From Octopus sinensis (lineage: Eukaryota), in NCBI RefSeq assembly GCF_006345805.1, contig NC_042997.1, forward strand, positions 13,144,001-13,208,000: 64,000 nucleotides of DNA, in the 5' to 3' direction. The notes beneath the pieces were generated by a model that worked only from the letters and a program-made list of their open reading frames with translations, was not told the origin of the DNA and made no database searches. Positions 26,448 to 37,856 of this stretch are shown here, in pieces (the first letter of the stretch is position 1; each line of letters starts with the position of its first letter). The position numbers were made by a program, and so were the translations under genes.

Positions 26448-26452
<5 letters not shown>
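26300..26452 (+). mobile_element. Penelope-like terminal fragment with degenerate hammerhead (26325-26365), abutting (TA)n
   Basis: CUGUAGA-A-GAGC-GUAG-GCUC-GAAACAUA; same family as 15188 and 15507. Confidence 0.6.
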
Positions 26453-26502
<50 letters not shown>

Positions 26503-27120
26503 AATATAAATTTATATTTATATTTATATACGTTTGTCTATTTGCGTTGCAAGTTTCATGATGTTAAACCATGTGTTGAAACAGATTCTGTTGTATGTGG
26601 GGACGGTCATGTTTTTTTCTTTTGCTTCTTTGCAAAATAAGCACACACACTGTATATTAGGTCTTCACTCGTTTATTACTGTTCTTATTCTAACTCATAT
26701 ATAGTACTCAGTTATTATATAGCAAATTCATAAACACAGACGTTGCTAGATAGACATACACACCCACACCCACACACAAAACAGAGATATATACATATAT
26801 ATTAAACTATCCGTATATATGTATATGTTTGCGTATGTACAAAAATGTGTTATATACATTTACATGCATGATTACATATATATATATATATATATATATA
26901 AGGGTACAAAGGAAGAGAAGGGATGACAGTGAGACAGACAGACAAACAAACAATGAAACAGGGGAATAAATAGATAATATATGCACGCGTGTACTCTCAA
27001 AGATTCCCGCACACATACATACATATGTGTATATAGGCATGATTTCCGCTTTCTCTCCATCTCTCTCACTGTCTTTGCTTTGTTTGTATATATTCGTTTA
27101 CATATAAATCTCTGTGTGTA

Positions 27121-27161
<41 letters not shown>

Positions 27162-27979
27162 ATATGATTGACAAAGCAGAATTGTACGTACGTACATGTA
27201 CTTGTACGTACGTAGGCACATACATAGAAAGTTTTGTGTGTGCTTGCTTGTGTGTCTGTGTATACTGAATTTTGTTTATAAATAAATACATTCCTAAAGA
27301 CACAATTCTGCTTTGTCAATCATCAGACACATCAACGATGGGGGAACGTTATTTATTTCAATAATAAATGCCAGGAAACCTGCGGAATACTTAACCTTTT
27401 CCTCAACCTCTAACTAATGTCTTTCACCTCCCTTCTCTCATACTCCCTTTGTTTCTCTCTCTGTCTCTGTCTGTCTGCCTCTCTCTCTCTCTCAGTTTCC
27501 TTCTCTCTATCTCTTTCACTCTTTCTCTTCCTATGTCTCTTGTTCTGCCTTTCTTGTATTCCTTCTGTTTAATCGATAGGAACAAAGAAAATAAGAATAA
27601 AAGAATGTGCTGAACTGTCCTCAAGCATTAATGAATTTGATACCTATGATTGGTATTGTATCTTGGAGAATATGAGCAATTTTCTTTTCATTAGATTTAA
27701 TGAAGAAATACAACACAATTATACGAACACACACACACACAATCACACACACAATCGCACACAAAATCTTACACAAACAGATGAACGCACATTCGTACAC
27801 ATCGCAGAACTCTAATCAAAAATGAATGTCATCCGTCCAAAAATATAATCTCTCATGAATACAAGCAGAGATATTCATACACAACTCTCTCCGTATAGGA
27901 GTACGTACGTACATATTTACGCATACATCTATATGCATGTGTTTTTATATGCATACCTACATATATACATATATGTATA

Positions 27980-28163
27980 TGGGTGGGTCTGTCTGTCTGT
28001 CTGTATATATATATATATACATATATATATACCCATACGCCCAGACAAAGTGTCTGTGCGTGCACAAATATGTATATATATATATGTGTGTGTGTGTGTG
28101 CGTGCGCGCGTGTGTGTGTGTGTGTACACATATAATATACATAAGTATATGTGCATATGTATA

Positions 28164-28211
<48 letters not shown>

Positions 28212-28274
28212 ATTTTGATTTTTTATATATATATATATACACGTATGTATTTATATATCTCTCTATATATATCA

Positions 28275-28326
<52 letters not shown>

Positions 28327-28345
28327 GCACACACAAACACACACG
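27980..28345. repeat. Complex (TA)/(TG) microsatellite field
   Basis: Direct reading. Confidence 0.9.
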
Positions 28346-28826
28346 TATATACGTACATGGATTTATGTTTGTTTTGACACAAGAAAAATTTGTGAATATA
28401 TTGAGTTTGTCTACTTTCCTGCACACACACGCACATACAAGCACACACACATGCACGCACACACAAATCCACACACACACACATACACACAAACATGCAC
28501 ATAGTCACAAAGTACAAATATGCATGCACATACATATACTTTCTTTGCCGTCCAGTTTTATAATTTATTTAATTCTTTATCTCGTATTGTTCTGATATCC
28601 TGCCAAAATTGTAGCTTTTGTGCTATCAGAAATATAATATTATTATTTTTCTCAGAGTCTAGACATCGATGTAGTCGTATTTAAATATTTTAACATTAAA
28701 GCAAAACAAAACTAAACTCTTCATATTTCAAGAAAAAGGACATAAGAGGATTTTTTTTTATTTATTTAACTCGCGTGTACAAAATTGGCTTCAAAATGTC
28801 TCAACTTTAGAAGATATAAATTTCTG

Positions 28827-28858
<32 letters not shown>

Positions 28859-29503
28859 TGTATGTATGTATCTGTGCGAGCACATATATATACGTGTGTA
28901 TGTGTGCGTGCGTGTGTACGCATATGTATGTTCGTATGCATAAAAGTATGTCTCCTTGAGGACGTCTATCACTTGATAAACTCCGTAGTTTCCTCACGAC
29001 GTCTGGTACACTGCTTCTCTGCAGACTTTAGGCAGTGCATCTCAGTCGGCTGAAGTTTTATCCTTCAACAAACCAGAAAAGTCATATTCCTATTGCAATC
29101 GGCTCATAAAACTATAGGATTTCTCGGGTAACAGAGCCGTATGATTAGGAGGTTAAGATACAGCCACTGTTTGCAACAAGATTATTTCAGATCAGATTTC
29201 ATCATTCATTATGAGAAACTCGAATCTGATATTAGCCATTAATGACACACAGTTCTTGGGTTGCTTCAAGTTCGAATGGCAGTTTTCATCTTCTGAACAC
29301 AAAAACGACTGATTGGACTGGAGGCATAGATAGGGCTTTGGTTTTCCATATTTTCCGTTAAAAATTTTGAGTTGAAATTTTACATTGATTCCTCTAAAAA
29401 AACTGAGGTTTGTAGCAGTACCACTAGGTTGACAGGCACGTCTACATGTATGTATGTCATTATTCATTTTATTTCAAGATTTCTTGCCAACAGAGAAAGA
29501 GAG

Positions 29504-29647
29504 AATACCAAACGAGTTCCCTATGGATACCGTATTTATTACAACGAGTGGCTTGTAAACGTATCTAACGAGCGAAAGCGAGTTAGATACGTTTACAAGC
29601 CACGAGTTGTAATAAATACGGTATCCATAGGGAATGAGTTTGGTATT
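29504..29647 (+). repeat. 144-nt near-perfect palindrome with three tandem G.A mismatches; likely core of a non-autonomous palindromic DNA element
   Basis: Arms 29504-29573 and 29578-29647, GAAA loop; paired positions sum to 59151. Confidence 0.9.
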
Positions 29648-29743
29648 TTATTTATTACACATGAATAAATGACCATATTTTATTAACCCAATAACTAAAT
29701 TCTTCACGTTTAGTTGTAACTTATGAATGACAAAAGTAGTACC

Positions 29744-29847
29744 GTCACCGTGATCTCGGGTCATCACCATGGATTGACCAATCAGAAGCAGCGCTGTCAC
29801 CGTGACCTCGGGTCATCACCATGGATTGACCAATCAGAAGCAGCGCT
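29744..29847. repeat. 52-bp direct tandem duplication containing CCAATCAG
   Basis: 29744-29795 vs 29796-29847, one mismatch. Confidence 0.95.
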
Positions 29848-29989
29848 CGCAGTATATGACATATGTTAGATACCAAAAATATCTCAAAGTGTTCTCACTC
29901 ACATGTTTGTAATAAAGAACCGTTTTCTAACCTACATCCAATGCTCCTTCATTGGAATTTTAACATCAACAAAAGGGTATTTTTTGTGT

Positions 29990-30232
29990 GCATGTATGTA
30001 TGTATGCAGATTTGTTTGTGTTGCTTTATGTATGTATTCTCATGCATATAGTTGCATATCTAGACGCTCATATTTATTTAAATAATAAACTGGAAATTTT
30101 ACAGATGTTTACAGTTCTAGTGATGGATTGGATTTGTAGTCTTCGAATTAGTTTTCTCCTTTCTGGTTTTGAGAAGCCTTATTTCTCAAGATTGGTATTT
30201 AGGCAGAGTGTTACAAATCTCACAGCCTAGAT
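29990..30232 (-). mobile_element. RLE-type (R2/NeSL-like) LINE 3' end with (CATA)n tail
   Basis: Homologous to 56823-57060 (LGFSKPE...LIRRLQIQSI). Confidence 0.75.
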
Positions 30233-30410
30233 TTACTCAGAGTTTCACGTTCCCCTTCGTCCGATGACCGGGAACGTGAAACTCTGAGTAACAGCTTTTA
30301 TTATATTTCTGGTGCTTTTAAATAAAACATATTACTCTACCTCTGGTATTTGAGTACGCTTTTTCCCACCTTGTTTCAAATTTATGTGCTTACTCCGGTA
30401 CATATATACA
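30233..30410 (+). mobile_element. Penelope-like terminal fragment with hammerhead and 5' inverted 22-mer
   Basis: Homologous to 33165-33320; CCGAUGA 30261-30267, GAAA 30278-30281, stem III ACUC-U-GAGU, GUA at 30288-30290. Confidence 0.65.
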
Positions 30411-30414
30411 TATT

Positions 30415-30501
<87 letters not shown>

Positions 30502-30540
30502 GTATGTGCGTGTGTATGCGTGTGTGTTCGTGTGTGTGTG

Positions 30541-30745
30541 CAGGCACAATGGCCAGGTAGTTAAGGCAGCGGACTCGCAGTCGGAGGATCGCGGTTTCGT
30601 TTCCCAGACTGGGCTTTGTGTGTGTTTATTGAGCGAAAACACTTAAAAGCTCCACGATGCTCCAGCAGGGGGTGCTGGCGACCCCTGTTGTACTCTTTCG
30701 CCACAACTTTCTCTCACTCTCTCTTCCTGTTTCTGCGTCCCGTTC
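30541..30745 (+). mobile_element. SINE family D, 5' part
   Basis: Head ggcacaatggccaggtagttaaggcagcggactcg and body match 58910-59288. Confidence 0.8.
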
Positions 30746-30798
30746 AGCTGGAGGGAACACATACACCACAGAAACCGGAAAACCGGGCGACGTGTATG

Positions 30799-30829
<31 letters not shown>

Positions 30830-31102
30830 GAAGCGGTTACTGATCACATTCCATCAAGATGGTGAAAGTGTCAAAACAGTAGGTTTTAATTGGTCTGTGT
30901 TAATTGTACTTTGTTCATTTGTTCAAGCGAAGAAGCTTGGGTATTTGTACTGAAGAAACGTATAATTTGTATTTTTCCAAGGAAGAATTTCACCGGCACA
31001 TTGAAATTTCGGTATACAATCCATAATCAGGCAGTCTGATGACGGCAAGTAAGCTGAAGCTTCGAAGTTACTTTCAAACTTTTCTTTGTAAAATTCATAT
31101 TC

Positions 31103-31482
31103 GGCTGTGTCGTGAGTAGCTTGCTTACCAACGACATGGTTCCAGGTTCCGTCCCAACTTGGGCAAGGGTTTTCTACCATAGCTTCGGCCCGACCGAAAC
31201 CTTGTGAGTGGATTTGTTAGACGGCAACTGAAAGAAGTCCGTCGTATATATATCTATATACATATGTGTGTGTTTGTGTGCGTTTGTCCCACCAGCATCG
31301 CTTGACAACTGATGCTGGTGTGTTTACCTCCTCGTAACTGAGCGATTCGGCAAAAAAGACCGCTAGAATAAGTACTAGACTTACAACGAATAAGTCCCGG
31401 GGTCGATTTGTTCAATTAAGGTGGTGCTTCAGCATAGCCGCAGTCAAATGACTGAAACATGTTAAAGAATAATAGAATAGAG
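31103..31482 (+). mobile_element. SINE family A, near full length
   Basis: Head, central microsatellite and tail all present. Confidence 0.85.
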
Positions 31483-31486
31483 GAAT

Positions 31487-31655
31487 GGCAGCAGACGTGG
31501 CTGTGTCGTGAGTAGCTTGCTTACCAGCCACATATATCCGGGTTCAGTCCCACTGCGTAGCACCTTGGATAAGTCTCTTCTACTATAGCCTCGGGCCGAC
31601 CAAAGCCTTGTGAGTGGATTTGGTAGAAGGAAACTGAAAGAATCCCATCGTATCT
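31487..31655 (+). mobile_element. SINE family A 5' half, head-to-tail after the previous copy
   Basis: Head through gaaactgaaagaa, then (ATCG)n/(TAGA)n. Confidence 0.85.
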
Positions 31656-32314
31656 ATCTATCTATATAGATCGATCGATCGATCGATCATTAGATAGATA
31701 GATAGATAGATAGATAGAATAGATAGATAGATAGATAGATAGAGATAGATAGATAGATAGAGATAGATAGATAGATAGATAGATAAAGACCCATGAAATG
31801 AAATCTTTGCCTCTCAGAAAAATTCTTCATCCTGTTCCAGGATAAGCATGCTTTGAACGAGAGATGCGAACTCTTAAATTCATGCAGACATGGCGCAAGG
31901 TTTATAATGTCAACCGATAAAATTCCGTATGGGCAAAATCTTTTGACTTACGGAAAATTTTGACTGTCGCATTTGAATGTATCATTGCACCTTATGGTTA
32001 TTTTGTATTACAATGCTACTGCATATTTCGTCTTCACTTTTATAAAAGCCTTCGACTGTTTGGTTTGCAAATTTAAGCTTAAGCTTCGCCGAGGTATATT
32101 TTTATTGTTCACTCACGCATTGGATTATGTTATATTAATTTATTGTGCAGTTTCTTTATTCTAACATTTTAATACTATATATACCCGGCAGTTCTTTTTT
32201 TAATGTTTGCGTATATACGTTAGGATGTATATGTTAATCTGGATGTGAAGGTATGTCTCTATATATTCATGTGTATGAATGTATGCATGTGTATGTATAT
32301 ATATATATATGCGT

Positions 32315-32354
<40 letters not shown>

Positions 32355-33164
32355 ATGCGTGTCTATATGTGTGTGTATTTGTATGTATGCTTGTATCTAT
32401 GTAGATATACATGTAATTTTATGCGTGCGTTTTTGCATGTGTACGTTTCGCAAGCTAAACGAAGCATCTTAACCTTCGCCAGATACTTATTGGAACGCCA
32501 ATCCTTTCACTCTTTCTACCACTATTTTTTTTATTTTCTCTCTCTAGTTTTCTGTTTATTTTTCTTTTATTTCTCTTCCTTCTTTCCCTTTTTCTTTCTC
32601 CCCTCCACCTCTTGTTATTCCCTGATTTTTTTCCTTTTCCTTCTTTCGCCTGTAACAACTAACTTATATAAGCATACGCCAGGAGGTTTTGTGCGCGTGC
32701 GTGTGTGTACGCGCATACATATATATGCATATGTATATATATTTATCTTATAGCATATATATGGCTGTATATGCATGTAGCCATGTACCTACGTCTGTAT
32801 GTTTAGTGTATATACATATATTATAGATTGTTTGGTATGTGTATGTATTTCTAAATGTATATGTAATTTAGCGTGAAAATTTTTTAAAAGAATATATTTT
32901 TTAATTTATTAATTTATTATTATTTTTACAGCTAATTATTTACCCTAGGTTTTAAGGCCTTTTTCCTTCTTCATAAGCTATTTTTGTTTTAAGGTTTTCT
33001 TAGATTTTCATAATAATATGATTTTAAACCGCAATTTGTTATTTCATGCAACCAGTTGTTGAAAAGACAGTTAGTTGAAAGGACCAATGAAACAAAACCA
33101 TTTTCAAATGTTTATCTATCAAAGTAATTGTATTTCTGCATACAATTTTATCTTGCTCCATTCT

Positions 33165-33219
33165 AAACAAAACTGTCCGACGAACGGGAGCGTCAAAACT
33201 CTGAGTAACAGTTTTGTTT
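33165..33219 (+). ncRNA. Type I hammerhead-like motif, U4C variant, G12 mutated
   Basis: 12-bp stem I aaacaaaactgt/acagttttgttt; CCGACGA; stem II ACG-GGAG-CGU; CAAAA in place of GAAA; stem III ACUC-U-GAGU; GUA triplet. Confidence 0.55.
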
Positions 33220-33359
33220 GATATTTTTGCTTCTTTTTAATACACCATATTACTCTACCTCTGGTATTCGAGTACTATTTTTACTGCCTTGTTTCGCATT
33301 TATGTGCTTACTCTGGTATAAATGTGTGTGTGTGTGTATGTGCGAGAGTGTGTGTGCGT

Positions 33360-33550
33360 TTATGCCCCCACCATCGCTTGGCAACCGATGTGGGTGTGTT
33401 TACATCCCCGTAACTTAGCGGTTCGACAAAAGGAACGGATGTAATAAGTACTGGGCTTATAAAGAATAAGTCCTGGGATCGACTAAAGGTGGTGCTTCAG
33501 CATGGCCGCAGTCAAATGACTGAAACAAATAAAATAATAAAAGAATATAA
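33360..33550 (+). mobile_element. SINE family A 3' half, joined to the Penelope-type tail through (TG)n
   Basis: cccccaccatcgcttggcaacc...gcatggccgcagtcaaatgactgaaac. Confidence 0.8.
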
Positions 33551-33553
33551 GAA

Positions 33554-33594
<41 letters not shown>

Positions 33595-34364
33595 GAACAT
33601 ACATACATAGATACATACATATTATGTACAGATGGAGTGTGAGAGAAAGAAGAGAGCGGAAGACAGTTATAGAAATACAGAGATAAAAAACGCAACATTA
33701 TGAAGTGAAATAAAGTTACTCCAAAACACTTTTAACGTTTTCATACCTTAGGTAAGATGAGAAGTATAACTACTATATAATATACTGTTTTGTATATTTA
33801 TTCAGATGTTTATGCCCATATAATTTTGTGATATTGTAAAGAATACAGATATATCTTTGAAAGTTTTGCATGTAATCTGCTGTATAACTAAATGGCTTCT
33901 GTAAATGATAATATGAATCTCTTCTGCTTAGTAAAGTTAAAAATCCATCAGCGGTTAGAAGAAACCTTATGACCTATCTAATTACAAGCAAGTGGCGTCA
34001 TTACATGTCCTCGAATGAGGAACGCTGTTTTTGCGGTGAAATTGCCTGAAGTTATACTTATAAGTTATTTTATTTAGATGTAAAATCGTAGAAAATACGA
34101 ATTCTCGAATACTCTTTAAAGATTTTTTTTTAATATACACACTACTTAAATAACTATAAATTATAAATTATCTCTTGTAACTTTGTATACGTGCACTTTG
34201 TGAGATGTATTAACATTTTCTCCGTCTTGTATATATTTCTGTATGTGTGTATACTTCTATCGAAAGCTATTGCAAGACTTTTTGTGTGAAAGTATTTTGA
34301 TTTATTGAAACTTATTTTAAACACTGTACTAAAATGTATATAGGTATGTATGTATATATGTGTA

Positions 34365-34538
<174 letters not shown>

Positions 34539-35729
34539 ATGTTTCTCAGTATACAAGAATGAAGTTGTAAAGTGCAACAAGATAAAAATAATATATATTT
34601 GTGAATTGCACTCGATGTCAGAATCTGTAGAGCGCACCTGATAATAACCAATACTCTTTCCAGTTATATACTACTACGGTCTGAGTTCAAATCATGCCTG
34701 TGTCGGCAATGTAAATACCATGGTCAGCAATTTCAATATTGTGCAAATAGTAAGAAACTTTCATTAAAATATCTAACCTTGTCTTACAAATCAGTTTTTC
34801 GACAATTTTGAATCGTGCGGATTTTTCGAAACCATTGATACTTGTGCTTGTCTATATTTTATTTGTCGACACCATTTTCATGAATGGCAAATTCGACCTC
34901 ACTATATGTTTAACTAGTATGTAAAAATCATCTTATTTTTTCCCCATAATGATGATTCCTGATTTAGAAACAAAGCCATTATAATTTGAGGGAAAGTGTC
35001 AGTCAATAGTCTTAAACCTAGTATTTACCTGGTATTTTATTTTATCTAAGTCTGAAAGGCAAAATTGACCCTTGAGGAAATTTGAACTCAGTGCGCAAAG
35101 AACCGTGAAATATACTGCATTCCAATAGTTTTGTAAACCCAGTGCTCTATCACATCATTTGCGATGTTTCTTCAATGAGCCACTTCTAAACATATAATCC
35201 TGTCTGTATCCTGTTGTCCTCTATAGTTACCTTTTTTATTAAATCCACCAAAAGCTAGTCCAATGTCTCTCATCAGCATGATACAGCACCTGCTGCCTTG
35301 ATGGCTGCTATCTATTATGGCTTAACCAGTAGAATAATATGGGTCTCTGAAAGTTTTCTAGGCCAGAAAGAACGCGTTTACCTTTTACTAACATTTATTA
35401 TTTAAATAAACAGGAAAAATACCGATGAGAAAGAGAGAAAAAGAAAAAGAAAAAGGTCAGGAGTAAAGCTTCAGAAGATGGAAGGGAGAGGTGTTGGACC
35501 ACGTACCGCAAAACATATATGTATATGTCACGAGTTTGTGGTCCGAATAGCTAGTTATCCAAAATTGTGTATCACATGCGTTAATCCCATCTCTTAACTT
35601 ACCCGAAATGTTATCTGTATAGCACTTTCATGATCTACCTTTATGAAGCTAAGTTCACATTATCACAAATAGAAATTAAGGCATAGGACACCTGGGAAAC
35701 GGTCGGAAATATCTGAAAAGTTTGTTTCA

Positions 35730-36300
35730 AGGCTTATGCATCTTTTAACTCCTCTCGGCTACTCCAACAAAATATCTGCGGGCATCCAAGAAGATATTTT
35801 AATTGTCCACAAACACTAATAAACGAGATGCCTCTAGGAATATCTCTAGATGTCTGAAAAATATCTTTTCTCTCCAATCCGGAGACTGAATGACAACTAA
35901 TCTTATGGGTTTGCGAATGCTTACTAATGCTTACCAATGCTAACGGTCAGGCCATCGATTTACCGTGTTATGTAAAACGGTATTCAGCATTAGGTGCAGG
36001 ATTTTATCGAAACATACAGCATTTGATTCACGTCCACAGAAGGCGGTGTAGACATCACAGTTTTTCTGAAGGCCGAAATATTTCGTCTCGGAAATCACGT
36101 CTCGCTGAAATCTACCATAACCAGACATAATCATAACGACAGAGCAGTGATGACAGACCTAAGAAATTATCATTATTGTCTCAATTAACACAGCGGAGTT
36201 TCTGAGGTAGATCCAGCGGAAATATACCCCGACTATGGATGACATCAGGTAGCTGAAACTGTGCCAGTGCTCTACTCAAAACGTCAACACACTAATCGAC
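35730..36300 (-). mobile_element. Highly degraded RTE-like LINE C-terminal relic
   Basis: Frameshifted remnants resembling SETK..AFRKTVMST.LYGCES; weak. Confidence 0.3.
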
Positions 36301-36429
36301 AAATACCCATCAGTCCAAAATATTAAATGTATATATATACATATATTTATATATATACGCACGCACCCACACACACACACATATACGCACATACACACAT
36401 ACATATATTTATAGTAATAATAATAATAA

Positions 36430-37811
36430 CCTTTGGATGGAATTTATATATATTTTACTGCATCGCTACGCTCGTTTCCTGAAATCACATTTGTCTTACG
36501 ATCATAGTACGTGTTCCTGGGATGGATACAGTACAGTCTGTAGTATCCATAGACATGCGGGAGGATCATGGAATTCATATGTACAGTTCTCCAGGTGATA
36601 TGGCAATAACGTTCGAAGCAACGATTGTATAACCTAAGGATGTTTATCAAATTTTACCATTCAAAGAGATTGATTGGGGTACGCGGGCAGTTCTGTGTGT
36701 ATTTGGTAGGGAGGAATAGAAGGTGAAGGTAATATAACATGTAAATTCAGACAGAAAATGAATGCAAATTTAATAACAACTGCATGGTAAAGAATGTGAT
36801 TTACAAATGAGAAATGAAAACGTCTACATAAAAATATGTGTACATTTGTAGTACCGGAAACAACATAAAAAATCGCCTGCGCAACCACCCTACGTCATTT
36901 TCCAATGTAAACAAAAAGCACTGCACATCATTATCTAACCTCATCTGGGCCCTCAAAAAATGTGGAGCATACAACCCACTGGTCTATAATAAAATAAAAA
37001 AAACACTAGACCATACAAGAGAACATCGCGGGTGTGTAACGTATGCCTGGAGAAAACCTTAGAAAACATAACATCGAGAAAACTTAATTAATAGATATTC
37101 CTAAGTAATTATATCATGCAATCGTAAAAGCAAGACACCGTCCCTGGGATTCGAAAAGAACATTTTGAAACAGAGGAACACTAACCGTCATTAACATCTA
37201 ATATAACAAAGAAGAACATATAAACTAACTAAACAAAAACAATTATTTTCCTATGCTGTATCATTGTACAATTAAAATGACCCTTTAAGAGAAAATTATT
37301 TTTCAACTCAAACAATGAAATTCAACAACGGAAAAGGTTTACCTCCTAACCATACAACATCTGAATTTATTGAGGAAGCACCTGCTTTGACCAAAGTCAA
37401 ACCAATGAACTATATTACACATTCCGACATCTCCATACACAAATATCAAAACAAGTCTAACATCCCACGCATTACTCCCTCTCCTTTAACATACAGTTCC
37501 TTTCTCTCTTTCCATCACCTTCTATTCCTCCCTACCAAATACACACACAACTGCCCACAGATCTCAATCAATCTTTTTGAATGGTGAACATTGATAAACA
37601 TCCTTCGGTTATATATTTGTTGCTTCCAATTTTAGCGCCATATCAATACAAGAAATGAGAACACGAGCTATGATCCACCCAATGTCCACAGATACAAAGA
37701 ATTGTGCTGTAATCATCCGAGGAACTATAATATTAACTGATCGTAAGAAACATCTGATTCGTGGAAACGCGCGTAGCCATGCAGTAAAACATTTATAAAT
37801 TCCATCTAAGG
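36430..37811 (+). mobile_element. 5'-truncated Penelope-like element: GIY-YIG remnant plus pLTR, with an inverted pLTR copy at its left end
   Basis: NCMVKNVIYK..KYVYICSTGNNIKNRLRNH..SF..TSLSNLIWALK and VCNVCLEK..LINR..IISC at about 36730-37130; 36430-36726 is the reverse complement of 37515-37811. Confidence 0.8.

Positions 37812-37853
<42 letters not shown>
37812..37853. repeat. (ATT)n array shared by the Penelope 3' end and the Dong 3' end
   Basis: Direct reading. Confidence 0.95.

Positions 37854-37856
<3 letters not shown>

Noticed and set aside
28965-29070. Minus-strand LQPTEMHCLK..TRRRE peptide and acceptor-like site
   Set aside because: More like a tiny RTE C-terminal relic than a host exon; too short to annotate
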